A stretch of DNA of 64,000 nucleotides, from assembly GCF_963921235.1 (NCBI RefSeq), contig NC_086108.1:62560001-62624000 (forward strand), written 5' to 3'. Within the stretch, counting starts at the first letter, position 1. Every line of letters starts with the position of its first letter. This stretch comes from Mobula hypostoma (taxonomy: Eukaryota). The translations under genes and the position numbers were made by a program. Below, piece after piece: positions 1 to 13,644 of the stretch. The notes beneath the pieces were generated by a model. The model worked only from the letters and a program-made list of their open reading frames with translations. It ran no database searches and was not told the origin of the DNA.

Positions 1-175
1 TCCAGGCTTCGTGTTCCAGTCAAGTCCAAGTTCCGAGCTCCAGGTCTTTGTTCCAGTCACGTCCAAGTCCTGGCTCCGAGTCCAAGTCAACCTTTAAGTC
101 CACGTAAGAATCCTAACCTGCTCACCGTGGCTGTGCCCTGCTCTTGGGTCCACTTCCAAACGCCTCATTGCAACA
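1..175 (+). mobile_element. 3' end of an LTR cut by the window edge, resembling the LTR at 59638-61121
   Basis: CAAGTC-rich repeats, a U5-like 'ctgctcttgggtccac' and a ...CAACA end; compare 'tgcatttggatccac...gtgaca' at 61077-61121. Confidence 0.5.
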
Positions 176-869
176 TCCTGAGGAGTTGCAGGAACATCCT
201 GAGGGACAGGTCCCTGTAAGCCCGAGAGAAAGCATGACACAGAATCAAAGAGATGTCTAGAGTGGACAGCCCATCATCATTGTCAGCATCCAAAGCAGAT
301 GTGTGGGAAATGCTGAGCACATCAGCATTGAAGAAAAGATCTCAGAATGTTATGAAACCTGAAATATGCTGATGAGTGTTATTATATATTTCTGTGTACA
401 TCAATGCTCAAATGTAATTATACATGTGTGTGAAATTAGCCATCTTAATGTACTTATTAATTATATTCTTCACTAATTATCCAATAATTTTTACCTCAGA
501 AATTGATCATATCATAACTGACAGAAACTGACATTCTCAGACACACTACAGTTGTCCAAGCTTGATGTCATTACAAGTATTCTGGAAAGAGGACTGGGAT
601 AATTTATTGCTCTGATAATACCACCTGAATTTAAATTGGTCCTGTAACAATGATTGTGTAATTGAATAAGAGAAATATTCTCAGAGATCTAATATAAGGA
701 ACTGTCACCATTTATTCTTTGATAATATCCACTCTACATATAAAAGGTATCCATTATTAATGAGAAATACCAATGTAGTTTACAATGGTACTTGTAAGGG
801 TATCCAATATATAAAAATCCTTATGAATTTTGTCATCTTTGCTCAATACTTGTTTTAAAAACTTAGTTT

Positions 870-1615
870 GACCATTCATTGCTTCATCAATGACCTTCCT
901 TCCATTATATCATCAAAACTGGGGATGTTCACAGTTGAGTGTACAATATTGAGTTCTGCTTGTTACATCTAAACAAATGAGACAGAATACCTGGAGGCAT
1001 CAAGACCAAGGCAACATTCAGACATGAGCTGATAACTAGAAAGCTAACTTTTATCTCACAAATCTCCCTGGCAATGGACATCTCCATATCGATAGACAAA
1101 TCATCTAAATTTGAGTTCCACAGAATAAATTTCGTGGGGGTTAATCAGAAGCTTAAGTGGACCATCTATATAAATACCTTGGCTGCATGAGAAGACCAGA
1201 GACTGGGTATTCTGCAGCAAATGTCACACAGGCTGGAGTGTGATAGAAATCTTCTCATTTGTCTGGATGAACGTGATTTCCAACAACACTCAAGAAGCTT
1301 GAGACCATCCAGGACAATACAGCTCAAGTAGACTACTCTGAGATGTTCAGTGACCTCCACCACAAGAAAGGCAAGGACTACAGGCCCTCAAGTACATCAC
1401 CCCCAATAAGTTGCATCCTAAGGCATACGTCATCCTGACTTAGAAATACACTACCCTTTTTGCATCATCAGTAAATCATGGAAGTGCCAGCACAACAACA
1501 CTGTGAGAATACCTTTATCAGAGCACTGCAACTGTTCTACAAAGAATCTTCCTTCCACTTTCTCAAGGGCAATTGGGATGGAAAATAAATGTGCACCGAT
1601 CTCAAAGCATTAAAA
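870..1615 (+). mobile_element. Old CR1/L2-type LINE 3' fragment
   Basis: Decayed RT motif 'CFINDLPS...GMF' near 880-930, followed by a degenerate 3' region. Confidence 0.55.
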
Positions 1616-1640
1616 AAGCTAATTTGGCAGTCTTAGCTAC

Positions 1641-1842
1641 AAGAGAGACTGCAGATACTTGAAATCTTGACAAACGCACATAAAATGCTGAAGGAACTCA
1701 ACGGGCCAGGCAGCATCTATGGAGGGAAATAAACAATCAATATTTCAGGCTGGGTCCTGACGACGGGTCTCAGCCCAGAACATTCACTGTTTATTTCCCT
1801 CTATCAATGCTGGCTGACCAGTGGAGTTCCTTCAGAATTTAC
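1641..1842. mobile_element. Palindromic element made of two Penelope pseudo-LTR ends in inverted orientation
   Basis: Arms ~1684-1752 and ~1771-1839 are imperfect reverse complements, and both match the 3' ends of the Penelope copies in this window. Confidence 0.7.
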
Positions 1843-4260
1843 TTTGAACTTTGCACTTTGAATTTGTCAGGGTTATTGTCAAGAGCAGTAGGGGATGAAT
1901 ATTACACCTCTGTCTCTACTTACACACCACCATGGCCCTGCCGCACCCCCCCCCACCCCCACAATGTTCCAGTATCATTGAAAAGTCGCCTTTATCTGAT
2001 CTATAACAAAATGCAGAGCTTTTTCATAAAAAGAAAATAGACAACACTAGGCTAGAAAACAGAAAGAAAGTCCACCTTAGCATGTAATTTACAGCCTCTT
2101 TCTAACTGACTGAGACAGGATGAGTTTTTGTTTAGAAATAAATATAGGTTATGCAAAAATGGAAAATGCTTTTTTTAAAGATTATGATTATATTCTGTTA
2201 CACTTTGATTAAAAGTTAAAACACGAGTCTTGATTCAGATTATTGAGCAATACTTTCCTTCTCAAGTGTGGCTCCAGATCTTTACATTGTTAGCTCAGAG
2301 AAACAAAGTGAATGGCGAGCACTAGAGAGGATAAATCAACCATTTTGTAGATGGATGTTTACAGTCTGACTCTCTTTCATCTAGTGGCCAGAACAGCTTG
2401 TGGATTTATGCATAATAAGAACCACCCACAGAAGCTCTTGGTGCTCGATATTGGAAGAATAAAAGTTCAGTTGCAGTTCAGGTGGGTAATAAGAGAAACA
2501 GTTACTGTCTCAGTTTGAATCTTAGAAATATTTTTAAAAATATTGAACTTGAAGTTTGATTTTGAATATGGGAGGTCAATTGCTAAGAAAATAAATTGCT
2601 ACGAAAGAACCCCAGAATGCAATTTGCAGGTAAACTTCACAGCTGAAATTTAGGATGAGAATCAGTATCAGTACTTGCTTTATTATCACTGATTTATAAG
2701 TCATGACATCTGCTGTTTCATGGCAGCAGTACAGTGCTGTACAGAACAGTACAGGAAGAATACATTGAAATTAGTGTAAGGAGTGGTGTAAATGGATGCT
2801 TGATGGTTGATGCACACTCAGTGGGTCAAAGGGTCTATTTCTGTTGGTCAGTTTAGCTCTATGATGCTCTATTGACTATTCCAGTATTAACTAGCAGCTT
2901 GCCCATAATGAGTTGGTCACAGCAGGGTACCAGATTGCATTGCTCACAAGGCATACGGCTCTTAATGAAGGCAGGGGAATAATTCTGAATTCTTTTTCTT
3001 TGTATGACTTTTAGAAGTTCTTTCCAATGAAGCCCAAGTTAAGTAGTAATAAATACTGAGCTTTTTAGTGCCCTTTAGAAATCTGACAAAAGGATGAAGA
3101 AATAGGATATCCATCTACACATACCATCAAAATGTACTCTCTCTCCAGAATTCTAGCCAATTAAAAATGTGCATTTCATGTAGAGGTGTGTCACCTTATT
3201 GTTTATATCAGACAGCCACAGTTATAACACACCTGGTAGCATCCCATTCTTCACTGGGAGAGTGTTTGGCTACAACTTCCATGGGATGATCTTATGCAGC
3301 TTAGAACGTAGTAGTCTTTCTAACATGTTAAGCCCCTTGACCAGATCATTGCTAAGATGTTTTTTCTACTGCTGGAAATGTTTCTCAAGGCCCTCCATTG
3401 ACTTTAGAGTTAAAGTTAGTTGTAAGTATAATTTGCATCACAATTTGTGATAATTATTTCACCCCAAATGGTTCTTTTCTGGACCAAAAATACCAATTGG
3501 ACTGTTTCTCTGCTTAGAGCCAAAGAAATACATGTTTTTCAATTGGCTGGAGTTCTGGAGAGAGAGTACATTTTGCTGGTATATATAGACAGATATCCCA
3601 TTGGCAGACACAGTTAGGAGATCAGGCTATGCTGATGGATTTTAACAAACAGAACATGCAAGAACTAGAACAAAAGATTTGCAATTGCCATAATAGATTT
3701 CTGCTTTTTGTTCCACTAAAGATTCTTTGATATGGAGCTAAAATTATTTCTCTGATTAAATAACTTAACCCACCAACCTATTGATTTCAATTATGTATTA
3801 AAATGGGTTTTCAGCTTTTTAACAGATGAAATGTTAAGTAGTTGGATCGATGACTCACCTGGGATGGCCTTTGTGCACCAATATTTTTTAAAGTAAATGA
3901 TAAAATATTACAGAGCACACTCACTTAGATTAGTATGCATTTTACATTATACAGCTAGTCTTTCTGACAATGAAATTGAACAAGCTGGTAAAGTTCTTTC
4001 AAGCATTTTTGAACTAAAGGGAAAGAACAATAGGCTGAATCACAACCACATTTTGCATGGGATGGGATTCGTTTGACTAATCTTTCAGAGGGTAACTGAA
4101 TATATTGATAAGGAAGTGGACAAGCTGGATTGCAAGCACTGAAAACCTGAAATGTGTAACTTCTGAGAAGCCACACAGTTGTTACATTGGGCGGCACACT
4201 GGAGCAGCGAGTGGTCTGTTGCCTCATCGTTCCAGGAAGTCAGTTTCAATCATGATCATT

Positions 4261-5700
4261 CATAGAACATGGACAATAGAACAGTACAGCACAGGAACAG
4301 ACACTATGGTCCACAATGCCTATGGAGACCCTAACTAATCCCATCTGCCTGCACGTGGTCGATATGCTTCATTCCCTGCCTGCTCGTGTGTCTGTCTAAA
4401 TCCCTCTTAAGTATTGCCATCGTATATGACTCTACCACGTTCCCTTGCCAGCACATTCAAGGCACCTGCCACTTTTGTGTGGAAGACCTAACCTATTTTA
4501 AAGATATACCCCTTTTGCATTAAGGCTATGCCTCTAGTATTTGACTCTTTCATCCTAGGAAAAGGACTCCTGACACCTGCCCTACCTACTCCTCCTGAGA
4601 TTTTATGCTTCTATCATGTGACCTCCTCAGTCTCTGATACTTCAGAGAAAGCAATCTAAGTTTGTCCTACCTCTTCAAATAGCTAATACTCCCTAATCCA
4701 GGCAACATCATGCATCCTCTGCATCTTCTTCAAAGCTTCAACATCCTTCCTGCAATGCTGTGACCAGCAGTACACACAAGAATCCAAATATGGTCTAAAC
4801 AAAGATTTATACAGCTGCAACATGACTTGTGTACTTTTAGGTACTCAACACTCAGACAGAATGTGGCAAGTATCATGTATCCCTTCCTTCCTGACCCTAT
4901 CTACTACTTTTGCCACTTTTTGAGAGTTGTAGTTCAATGCTGCTAAGGGTCCAACTATTTACTGTATAATTTCCACTTACATTTGACCTCCCAAAGTGCA
5001 ACACCTCACATGTATACAGGTTAAACTCTATCCATATCTGTTCACATTTCCATCTGATTTATATCCCTCTGAATCTTTTGAGAACCTTCTTCATGAACCA
5101 CATTTCTTTCAATTTTTATGTCATCTGCAATCTTTCTAACCAGCTCATCCACATTTTTGTCAAAATCATTTATATGCATCCTAGCACTGATCCTTGTAGA
5201 GCCTCACTGTTCACAAAGCTCAAGCCAAAATATCACACCTCCACCACTACCCTTTCTTTTCTGAGGCCAAGCTAACTTTGAATCCACTCTACCAAGTCTT
5301 CATTGATCCAATGTGATCCTTTATGATCTGTATCAGCTTGCCATGAGGGACCTTGTTGAAAGCTTAACTGTAGTCCATGCGCGTGGCCAAATGGTTAAGA
5401 CGTTGTCTAGTGATTTGAAGGTTGCTAGTTCGAGAAGCGTGTATGTCCTTGAGCAAGGCACTTAACCATACATTGCTCTGTGACGACACTTGTGCCAAGC
5501 TGCATGGGTCCTAATGCCCTTCCCTTGGACAACATGGGTGTCGTGGAGAGGGGAGACTTGCAGCATGGGCAACTGCTGGTCTTCCATACAACCTTGCCCA
5601 GGCCTGTGCCCTGGAAATCTTCCAAGGTGCAAACCCATGGTCTCACGAGACTAATGGATGCCTATAAAGTCCATGTGAACACCACTTACTGCCTGTCTCG
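4261..5700 (-). mobile_element. CR1 LINE, 5'-truncated, interrupted by a SINE
   Basis: Tail 'catagaacat...agaacagtacagcacaggaacag' at the left end; antisense RT remnants such as 'cccaaagtgcaacacctcaca' (CEVLHFG). Confidence 0.8.
5380..5667 (+). mobile_element. tRNA-derived CORE-type SINE
   Basis: A-box 'tggccaaatgg', B-box 'agttcgag', CORE-like 'gtccttgagcaaggcacttaacc'; 8-bp TSD AGTCCATG (5372-5379 / 5668-5675). Confidence 0.8.
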
Positions 5701-6199
5701 GTATTAGAGGATTGTATATGTGTGTGGTGGGGCGGGGGGGGGGGGCGGTGGTGGAATGGAATGGGGAATTTTGCTGTTATTTCGTGCTGAGCATTGTGGG
5801 CACACTATGTTAGCACCAAAACGTGTGGCAACGCTTGTGAGCTGCCCTCAGCTTACCCTTGGTCATGTTAACACATATGATGCATCTCACTATATGTTTT
5901 GATGTTCATGTGATGAATAAACTTGAGTCTTGAATTCTGATCCTGAACCATAAACATTTCTTCTTTCTTTTCAACTAAATTTGCAGCATCTTTTATCATC
6001 TCAAACCTTGAAATCTTAGTCTTTATTTTCACAAGAACATGTTCGGCTTGAATTCTGGACAACTGGCCTTGAAGTGATTCCCACAAATCATATGTTGACC
6101 TGTTCACTAACAGCTATCCCCAGCCTCCTCTCCTCAGCTCCCGCTCAAAGCCTTTCCCCAGTTTAGCACTTTCCCCAGGGTCAAGCTGAAAATTTGTGG

Positions 6200-6402
6200 A
6201 ACACACACAAAATGCTGGAGGAACTCAGCAGGCTAGGCAGCACCTATGGAAAAGAGTGCAGTCGACGTTTTGGGCTGAGACCCTTCAGCAGAACTGGAGA
6301 AAAAAAAATGAGGAGCAGATTTAAAAGGTGGGGGGAGAAAACTAAGAAACAGGCTTATTTTCATTGAAATATGTCATGAAGTTTCAGGCCAAGACCCTTC
6401 AA
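6200..6402 (-). mobile_element. Penelope pseudo-LTR fragment
   Basis: 'aacacacacaaaatgctggaggaactcagcagg...gtcgacgttttgggctgagacccttcagcag' is antisense to the Penelope 3' ends. Confidence 0.75.
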
Positions 6403-6527
6403 CCTAAAAATTTATGGATTATGATTACTGTTGCACAAATGCTGTCCTATTGAAACTCTGAACACCTAGCCAGGTTTATTTCCCAACATAAGGTCTAGTA
6501 TGGCTATTCCTTGGTTGAACTAATATA

Positions 6528-6843
6528 GTAGTTAGCGTAACAATATAAAGCACCCACTTTAAGATCAGGGTTCAATTCCACCACTGTCTATAAGGAGTTG
6601 TACAATCTCCCTGTGACCATGTGGGTTTCCTCCATGTGTGCCAGTTTCCTCCCACAGTCCAAAAACGTACGAGTTAGGGTTAATAAGTTGTGGGCATTCT
6701 ATGTTGGCACTGGGAGCATGGCAACATTCGCAGCCTGCCTGCCTGGCCCAGCAGATCTCAGACTATGTTGATCGTTGTTTCAGAACAATGCATTTCACTG
6801 TATTATTCGATGTACATGTGACAAATAAAGCTAATCTTTCTTT
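6528..6843 (+). mobile_element. V-SINE
   Basis: B-box 'ggttcaattcc', V-domain 'gtgggtttcctcc...agtttcctcccacagtccaaaaacgtac', tail 'atgtgacaaataaagctaatct'. Confidence 0.75.
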
Positions 6844-7453
6844 TAAACACCGAACATATTCTGCCTCATCTATGACTCTGGCACCAAGGGAGTCCCAGTC
6901 AATGCTGGGGAAATTAAGTCACTCACTACAACTACCTGTTGCTTTTATCTTTCCATAATCTACCTACATATCAGTCCATCTTTTTCCCACTGGCTACAAA
7001 TAGCTCACAGGAATCGAACCCTGCATTAACCTTGGAAGGGCCTGTATATGCATTCCTAAGGTTCAATGAAGCAGTCAAGTATAGCAAGGAAAGTGTTCCA
7101 AAGGAAGGAAAGGAAGTAAGAAAGTGCCAAGCCAAAGGAGATAACTACACTCATTCTATTTCTGGTGTTCCCACAACCAATAGTCTCACTTTATCTTGCC
7201 AATTCATACTCTTTCATTTCATGTTATTTCAGACTTGTCATTTATTGATAATTATTTCTATTTGCATTTGCACAGTTTGCTGTTTATTGATCCTGTTTAC
7301 AGTTACTGTTCTATAGATTTGCCCGCAGGAAAAGGAATCTCAGGGTTGTATGCGGTGAAATGTATGTACTCTGATAATAAATTTTACTTTGAACTTTGAA
7401 CTGAATGAGACTTACAAAGACTCTATTAGAGCTATTGCATCATTGATAATACC

Positions 7454-8316
7454 TGTGACGAGAATACACATAAAATTAAGATGTTTGCTGGCCTGGGTTA
7501 GCATCAGTGACATCAGCAAGTGGTCTGCCACCTGCCCTCAGGGGAAGGAGAGATAAGGAACAATGGAGCAGCGTCTGGAGATGTGTAATGAAGGGACGGG
7601 GGAGAGAGAGCTGTCTGGAGCGGCTCCCCCCTTTGAACCTTGAACTGTTTGAAGTGATGGACAGGCGATGCCCCAGCAGGGGGATAAAAAGGGACCGGTT
7701 CGCTAAGGCAACACACACACGCCACCCGAGGTAACGAGACCCTGGAAGCGGTGCGCCTCTCACGAGTGGGTGAGAAGTACCAGACAACGACCAGGGTGGA
7801 AAGGTATGATCAGCGGGAACCCGGTGTGTGTCTGCCCTTGCCTGGGTGCTGGGTTCACTGCAGAGGATCGACCGCATCTGGAGGAGGGGTCACAGTCGGT
7901 GACCTCAGGTGACATCACCAAGGACCCGCCCAAAAGCTGCTTGTGAGCCATCTCGCCGGTCTGTGAGTGAAGCCGTTCTGAATGATCAGTTGTTCCCGTT
8001 CTATCTCTCTCTTCCCCCCACGTTGTCCATCGCCAGGGCAATGATTACTGCGAACCGAACTACTAAACTGGACTGAACTTTGAGTCACTTTTAAATTTGG
8101 TCATTTACCCCTAGACAACGATAGAGCTTGATTGATGCTGTTATCTTAATTCTGTGCACATGTGTGGTTATCATTGTTGAACTGTTGCATTTATTATCCT
8201 TTCGATTACTGTGTTGCTTGTTTCTTTAATAAAACTTTCTTAGTTCTAGTACTCCAGACTCCAACTGAGTGATCCATTTCTGCTGGTTTGGCAACCCAGT
8301 TACGGGGTACGTAACA
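7454..8316 (+). mobile_element. Solo LTR, same family as the element at 39365-44183
   Basis: TG...CA ends (tgtgacg...cgtaaca), 4-bp TSD TACC (7450-7453 / 8317-8320), colinear with the reverse complement of 39365-40201. Confidence 0.95.
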
Positions 8317-8659
8317 TACCATACATGGAACAAGCACAAGGGACAAGTTACGTGACACACAACCTGTAAAATTGTTCATGGTTTTAGATCTCACCTAGTG
8401 CACATCGGAACAATGGAGTTATCGTACTGCATGTTAGATCTGCATTCTCTATACATAGTCAATTCAGCAGTCTGATATGTAGGGAAATACCCATTGGCTT
8501 TACTTCAACTAAAGAAATATTGATGAATGTGATGCATCTTGTTGATGGTTTAATCCATAATTGATAATAGAATGGGAAGATAGAGAGCATGGTTTCTTCC
8601 ATCTTTTATGATTTTGGAAACATCTTTAATGAAATGCAACAGCAGACAGGATAACATCA

Positions 8660-10338
8660 AACTAAAAAGAAGCAAATGTCATTTAATTGGCTCTTCACTC
8701 AACCCCAGATCACCTGGACAGCAAAGATGCGTACATTGGGATGCTCTGTATTGACTACAGCTGGATATTCAATACTATCATCCCCTCAAAAGCAACCAAT
8801 AAGCTTCCAAGACCTTGGCCTCAATATTCCTTGTGCAGTTGGATCCTTTATTTCCTCACTTGCAGATTTCAGTCAGTTTGGATTGGCAACAACATCTCCT
8901 CCACAACCTCCATCAGCACAGGAACACCACAAGGCTGTGTGCTTTGCCCCTGCTTTACTTCTTTACACTTATGACTGTGGCAGACCCCAGCTTCGCTTCA
9001 AGGACCTCTGCAAGTGTGACATGAGAGCCTTAAAAATCAACACAGAGTACTGGGAGGATACAGCAGATGACCGCAACAAATGGCGAGGTACTCTTCAGCA
9101 ACACCTAGAGCGAGGTGAAAGAGTGAGCCTGAGTCAGTTTGAGGAGCGGACAGCGGACGACAATTCCATGACACTCTACACATGCGGCAACTGTGCAGAG
9201 CCTGCCGTTCCAGGATCAGCCTCAATAGCCACAGTCGCCGCTGCTCGACAAACCAGTGACTACCAGAGGTGCACGACCACGACTGATGGAGGCCACACAC
9301 ATTCACACGTGTGGCTAAGCACAGCTTCAATGCTGTATTCAAGCTTGCTGAAGACACCACCCTGGTAGGCCAATTCAAAGGTGGTGACAAATTGGCATAT
9401 AGGAAGGAGGTTGAAGTTCTGGCTGAGAGGTGCCACACAACTTCTTACTCAATATCAGCAAGACAAGAGAACCAATTATTGACTTTAGGAGGAGAAAACT
9501 GGAGGTCCATGAGCCAATTCTCCTCGGGGGATCGGAGGTGGAGAGGGTCAGCAACTTTAAATTCCTCCGTCATCATTTCAGAGGACCTGTCGTGGGCCTA
9601 GCAAGTAAGTGCAATTATGAAGAAAGCATGAAAACACCTCTACTTCTGCAGAAGTTAGCGAAGATTAGTCACGATATCTGAAACTTTGAGAAACTTCTAT
9701 AGGGGCGTAGTGGAGAGTATATTGACTGGCTGCATCACGGCCTGGTATAGAAACACCAATGCCCTTGAATGGAAAATCCTACAAAAAGTAGTGGATGTGG
9801 CCCAGTCCATCATGAGTAAAGCTCTCTTCACCACTGAGCACATTGACACAGAGTGTTGTCGTAGGAGAACAGCATCCATCATCAATTTCCCCCACCACCT
9901 AGGTCATGCTCTCCCCTCACTGCTGCCACCTGAAGGAAGGTACAGAGCATCAGGAATCTCACCACCCATGTTGGAACAGTTATTACCCCTTAACTATTAG
10001 GCCCTTCAACCAGAGGGGATAACTTCACTTAACTTCTCTTACCCCGTCACTGAATTGTTTCTACAATCTACGGACATATTTTCAAGGACCCTTCAGCTCA
10101 TGTTCTGAATATTTATTGCTTACTTATTTATTGTTGCTATTATTTCTTTCTTTTCTTTCATTTTGTATATGCACAGTTTGTTGTCTTTGCACACTGGCTG
10201 TCCACCCTGTTAGCATGCTCTTTCACTGATTCTCTTATGGGTTATTGGATTTATTGAGTATGGCCGCAAGAAAATGAATGTCAGGGTTGTATATGTACCT
10301 TGATAATAAATTTATTTCAACCTTGGAATTTTGAACTT
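8660..10338 (+). mobile_element. Rex1/Babar-like non-LTR retrotransposon, 3' part, frameshifted
   Basis: RT motifs 'LHSTPDHLDSKDAYIGMLCIDYSWIFNTIIP', 'GTPQGCVLCP', 'KLAEDT', 'VESILTGCITAWY'; tail ending 'gataataaattt...ttgaacttt'. Confidence 0.85.
8982..9309 (+). mobile_element. RTE-clade LINE 3' fragment nested in the Rex1-like copy
   Basis: 'GRPQLRFKDLCKCDMRALKINTEYWEDTADDRNKWR' plus a decayed C2H2 'CGNC...SHSRRC'; probable TSD TGTGGC (8976-8981 / 9310-9315). Confidence 0.75.
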
Positions 10339-13300
10339 TAATAGTTGAGATGGATTGTTTTTAAACTGGTTTCAGGGTTCCTCTATGACAATCAGCAAAT
10401 ATCACGAGTTGTCTGATGACCCTAGTTAGGGACCAAAACAAAACAGATAAGAAATGGGAAAAATCATCACCAGATAACCAGCAAAAACCACCCAAGCAGG
10501 ACAGTTGTAAAGTGGTACACAAAAATAAAGCACAGGAAATTATTTTGGATAGTAAACATTTTAATGCAGTGACCAGGGAAAGGACATTGATTAGCACTGA
10601 TCCTGAAAAGTGAAATAGTCAGGTTGAAAACAGGATATAGTGATCAGATGTGATAGTAGGAGGAATCATTCAAAGATGAAAGGATGCTGATGAAGACAAT
10701 GTTAAGGGATACTGTGTGCAAACTTAATAAAGAGATGGCACTGGAGAATAAATGATCAGATATAAGGAATCAAAACTACAGGGAAAGATTAAAACAACCA
10801 TAAAGATAGCTTCCAGCTCTAAGTCATTTCCGGAAAAGCTTAATAGAGATATTTCACACAATGAAAGAAATTGACAAAGTTACAGTATTTCATATAATTT
10901 CTGGATATACCAGAGGCTAACTTTTGATAAGCCCAAGATTTATACTGGAGAGATTAGAAGAATAATTTTTCTTCCAAATGGTTTGCAGAAGATAGTGATG
11001 GACGTTAATTCAATTACAACATGAAAAATTTGAGATAATTTGGTTAATATAAATGATAAAGTACGAACGTTGGGTATATTTCTGAAGAAGGCAGGCTAAT
11101 GTCTATTGAGCTTTTTAATGTGAGCTATCAAAGAGGGACTTAACTTTGTGAAAGGAAGAGGTCTCATTAGGTCTCTTGACCTAATAATGATTATATCAAA
11201 TTGTTGTAGAGTTGGAAGCCTGAGAGTTTGGGGTAAAATTCAAAACGCTGAACACAATCTCTGTCTACCTCTTCGTTGGTAGTGCAGATTCCTCATTGTG
11301 CTATGACCAAAAAGCACAAGACACAAGTCAGAGATTACGTGTGTAGAACCCCCAAATGCATAATGTCACCATCCAGTATTTTCAATGGTATATTTTACAA
11401 ACAACATCTCAGTAAAGCAATTCACCTTTTAGCTTTTCTGGGTCTGTAAGGTGCAGAGATGAGATTAACTACTGATCAAGGTAATATCACTTTGATTCTT
11501 CTTTAAGCAAATCATATTATTATAAACGTCTTTTACTGTGTTTTCACATATTCCTCATTTTAAAACTGATTTTTCATGGACTATTTTTCTGCCAGGCTCT
11601 GTCTGTTTACAGCTGATTGATGTCTGTGTGCATTACTAACAGCACAGGGCAAGTTAAATTTGAGTTTACAGCTACAAGAAGCAGGCACTTGCAACCAACC
11701 AATGGCAGAAAAGTAAGGTCCTGTCAGGGCCGTTGCCTGATATAATTAGGTCTTGGCCTATAGGTTATTTAGGGCCAGTGGAATGTTATTTTAAGAGCTT
11801 TTAAGCAGATTACCCACCTCCCTTATTGCAAGGCAGGGTCTGATCAGCTTCAGGTTAATCAGAGGTAACGCTTCTCTCTGTTATCAAATTAATACTGTTG
11901 CTGCTATCTTTAATAGCATTATCATTAGTTAATATTGACTTTAATAATGGCTTTTGCTCAAAGGTCACACATTTACCAAGGTCTGCACAGGCAGAATTGA
12001 ACACGTCTCCACAAACATGTTTTCAGCAGTTGTCATGTGATTGAATCGAGGACAGAATCCTGTCAGTTGTTTGATGTAAGAGTTTATTCATGTAGCTGGG
12101 CTGGGCAGAATTTCTAACTATTAATTTGGAGGATTGCAAATCTATGGGCATTGGATTTCTAAATTTCCACATTAGAATCACGTCTGAACATGTCCTCAAT
12201 CGCAGCAAGTGCAGACACATTTCCCTAGAGGGATCACAGATAGTGCTGAGGACCTGACTGACGTTCTCCATCTTATTCCAATTATAATGCTCTCACTGGA
12301 AACCCAGCTGAAATCAACTAACTCAGCATATATTACCACACACGGATTTTGAGTGTGACTTGCAGTTTTGCCCTCAAGTGTAGAAAGTGTGATAATTATC
12401 TCCTCTGCAGCCTAGTATTGGTGGGAAGCGAGCTAGGAACCAGCTGAGAGAAGAAAAGAGATTGAATCTTGATTTGTACAGCAGGGTTTCCCTGGGTAAC
12501 ATCACTAATTGATCCATTATGAGAGGCTAAAATAAACTAAGGGAAATAAATGAGTGAGTTATTTCGAGGGGATTGATAAATGGTGATAACCTTTCACTTA
12601 ATACATGGATGTTAGTTTACAGATGATAAATGTTTTGTGCATTATTTCACTCATGCTGATAGAGGTACAGAAGTAGAGTCTAAATTTTACTGCCAGGAGA
12701 TGAACCAGGCTTTGTGATTTGGTTACAATTACTGCATTTCTTTTGTGTCTGTCAGGGCTAACTGAAGAGAAAATTGGCCAGGATGTATAGCAGCTGGTAT
12801 ACTCTATTTTTCAGTGCCTCATTTCTTCTTTTCTCTGGACTACATATACTGAAAAATTAAAGGAAAACAGAACATTAAGAATTCTTATTGACATAACTTT
12901 ATGTTGATTCCTTCAATGTAAAAACAAAGTGGTATCGTTTTACCAATTAAATTGATTTGCAGATTTGGAAATAATATCTTGATCTTTGAAAGCACATTTA
13001 AGAATAGGTTATATACCAGAATTATGTGCAGTATTAGCTGAGTGAATAAGAAGGTTGATAGTTCAAGGAGTTATTGCATAGGTTGCTGAACAGGTTTTGC
13101 ATGTGTGGTAACGTGTGAGTATTCCAAATCTCTTCAGCGAGAAGTGGCTTGTATTAGTTACAACACCGGCATTTACAGACACCGTTTAGCACTGGTGGTC
13201 TGGGAGAGAGAACCAATGAATTATTTATTCTTCTTTCAACTTTTAAATACAGGTTATTGTGCAAGCACAGTTTTTACTGCAAATGCAAAACCACAAACAT

Positions 13301-13644
13301 CAAAGAGAAACAGTTTGCTGCTCACAAGTAGTTCTTAAGAGCTGAGGTATCAGAAAACTTACCATTTGAGCTTCAGAACTTTAATCGTAAGTGAGAAAAA
13401 GCAGATCAGTCACTGTAGCTGAGGAGAAGGCCAAGCAGTCACCCCTTCATGTAATGCTATTTATGTTCTAATAGGTTAGACCTAAAGTGTTGATTTGTTT
13501 CTTCTCTTCTCACGTACAAAGGACTTTTTTTTCTTACCCTTTGCTGCTTTTAATTTCATATTTCTTGTATTTTTGATATTTGATTTATATAAACCTTAAC
13601 TACTTTAGGCCTGATTTGCCCTAACAAAGTTATAACTTCAGAAC

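Noticed and set aside
2374..2392. CTCF-like 'tggccactagatgaaa' on the minus strand
   Set aside because: Lacks the conserved GGC at the 3' end of the core motif
3956..4077. Acceptor-like 'ttatacAG' followed by SLSDNEIEQAGKVLSSIFELK...
   Set aside because: Short, no recognisable homology and no convincing donor; indistinguishable from chance
8676..9368. 230-aa ORF
   Set aside because: Chimeric read-through of an off-frame Rex1 segment into a nested RTE fragment
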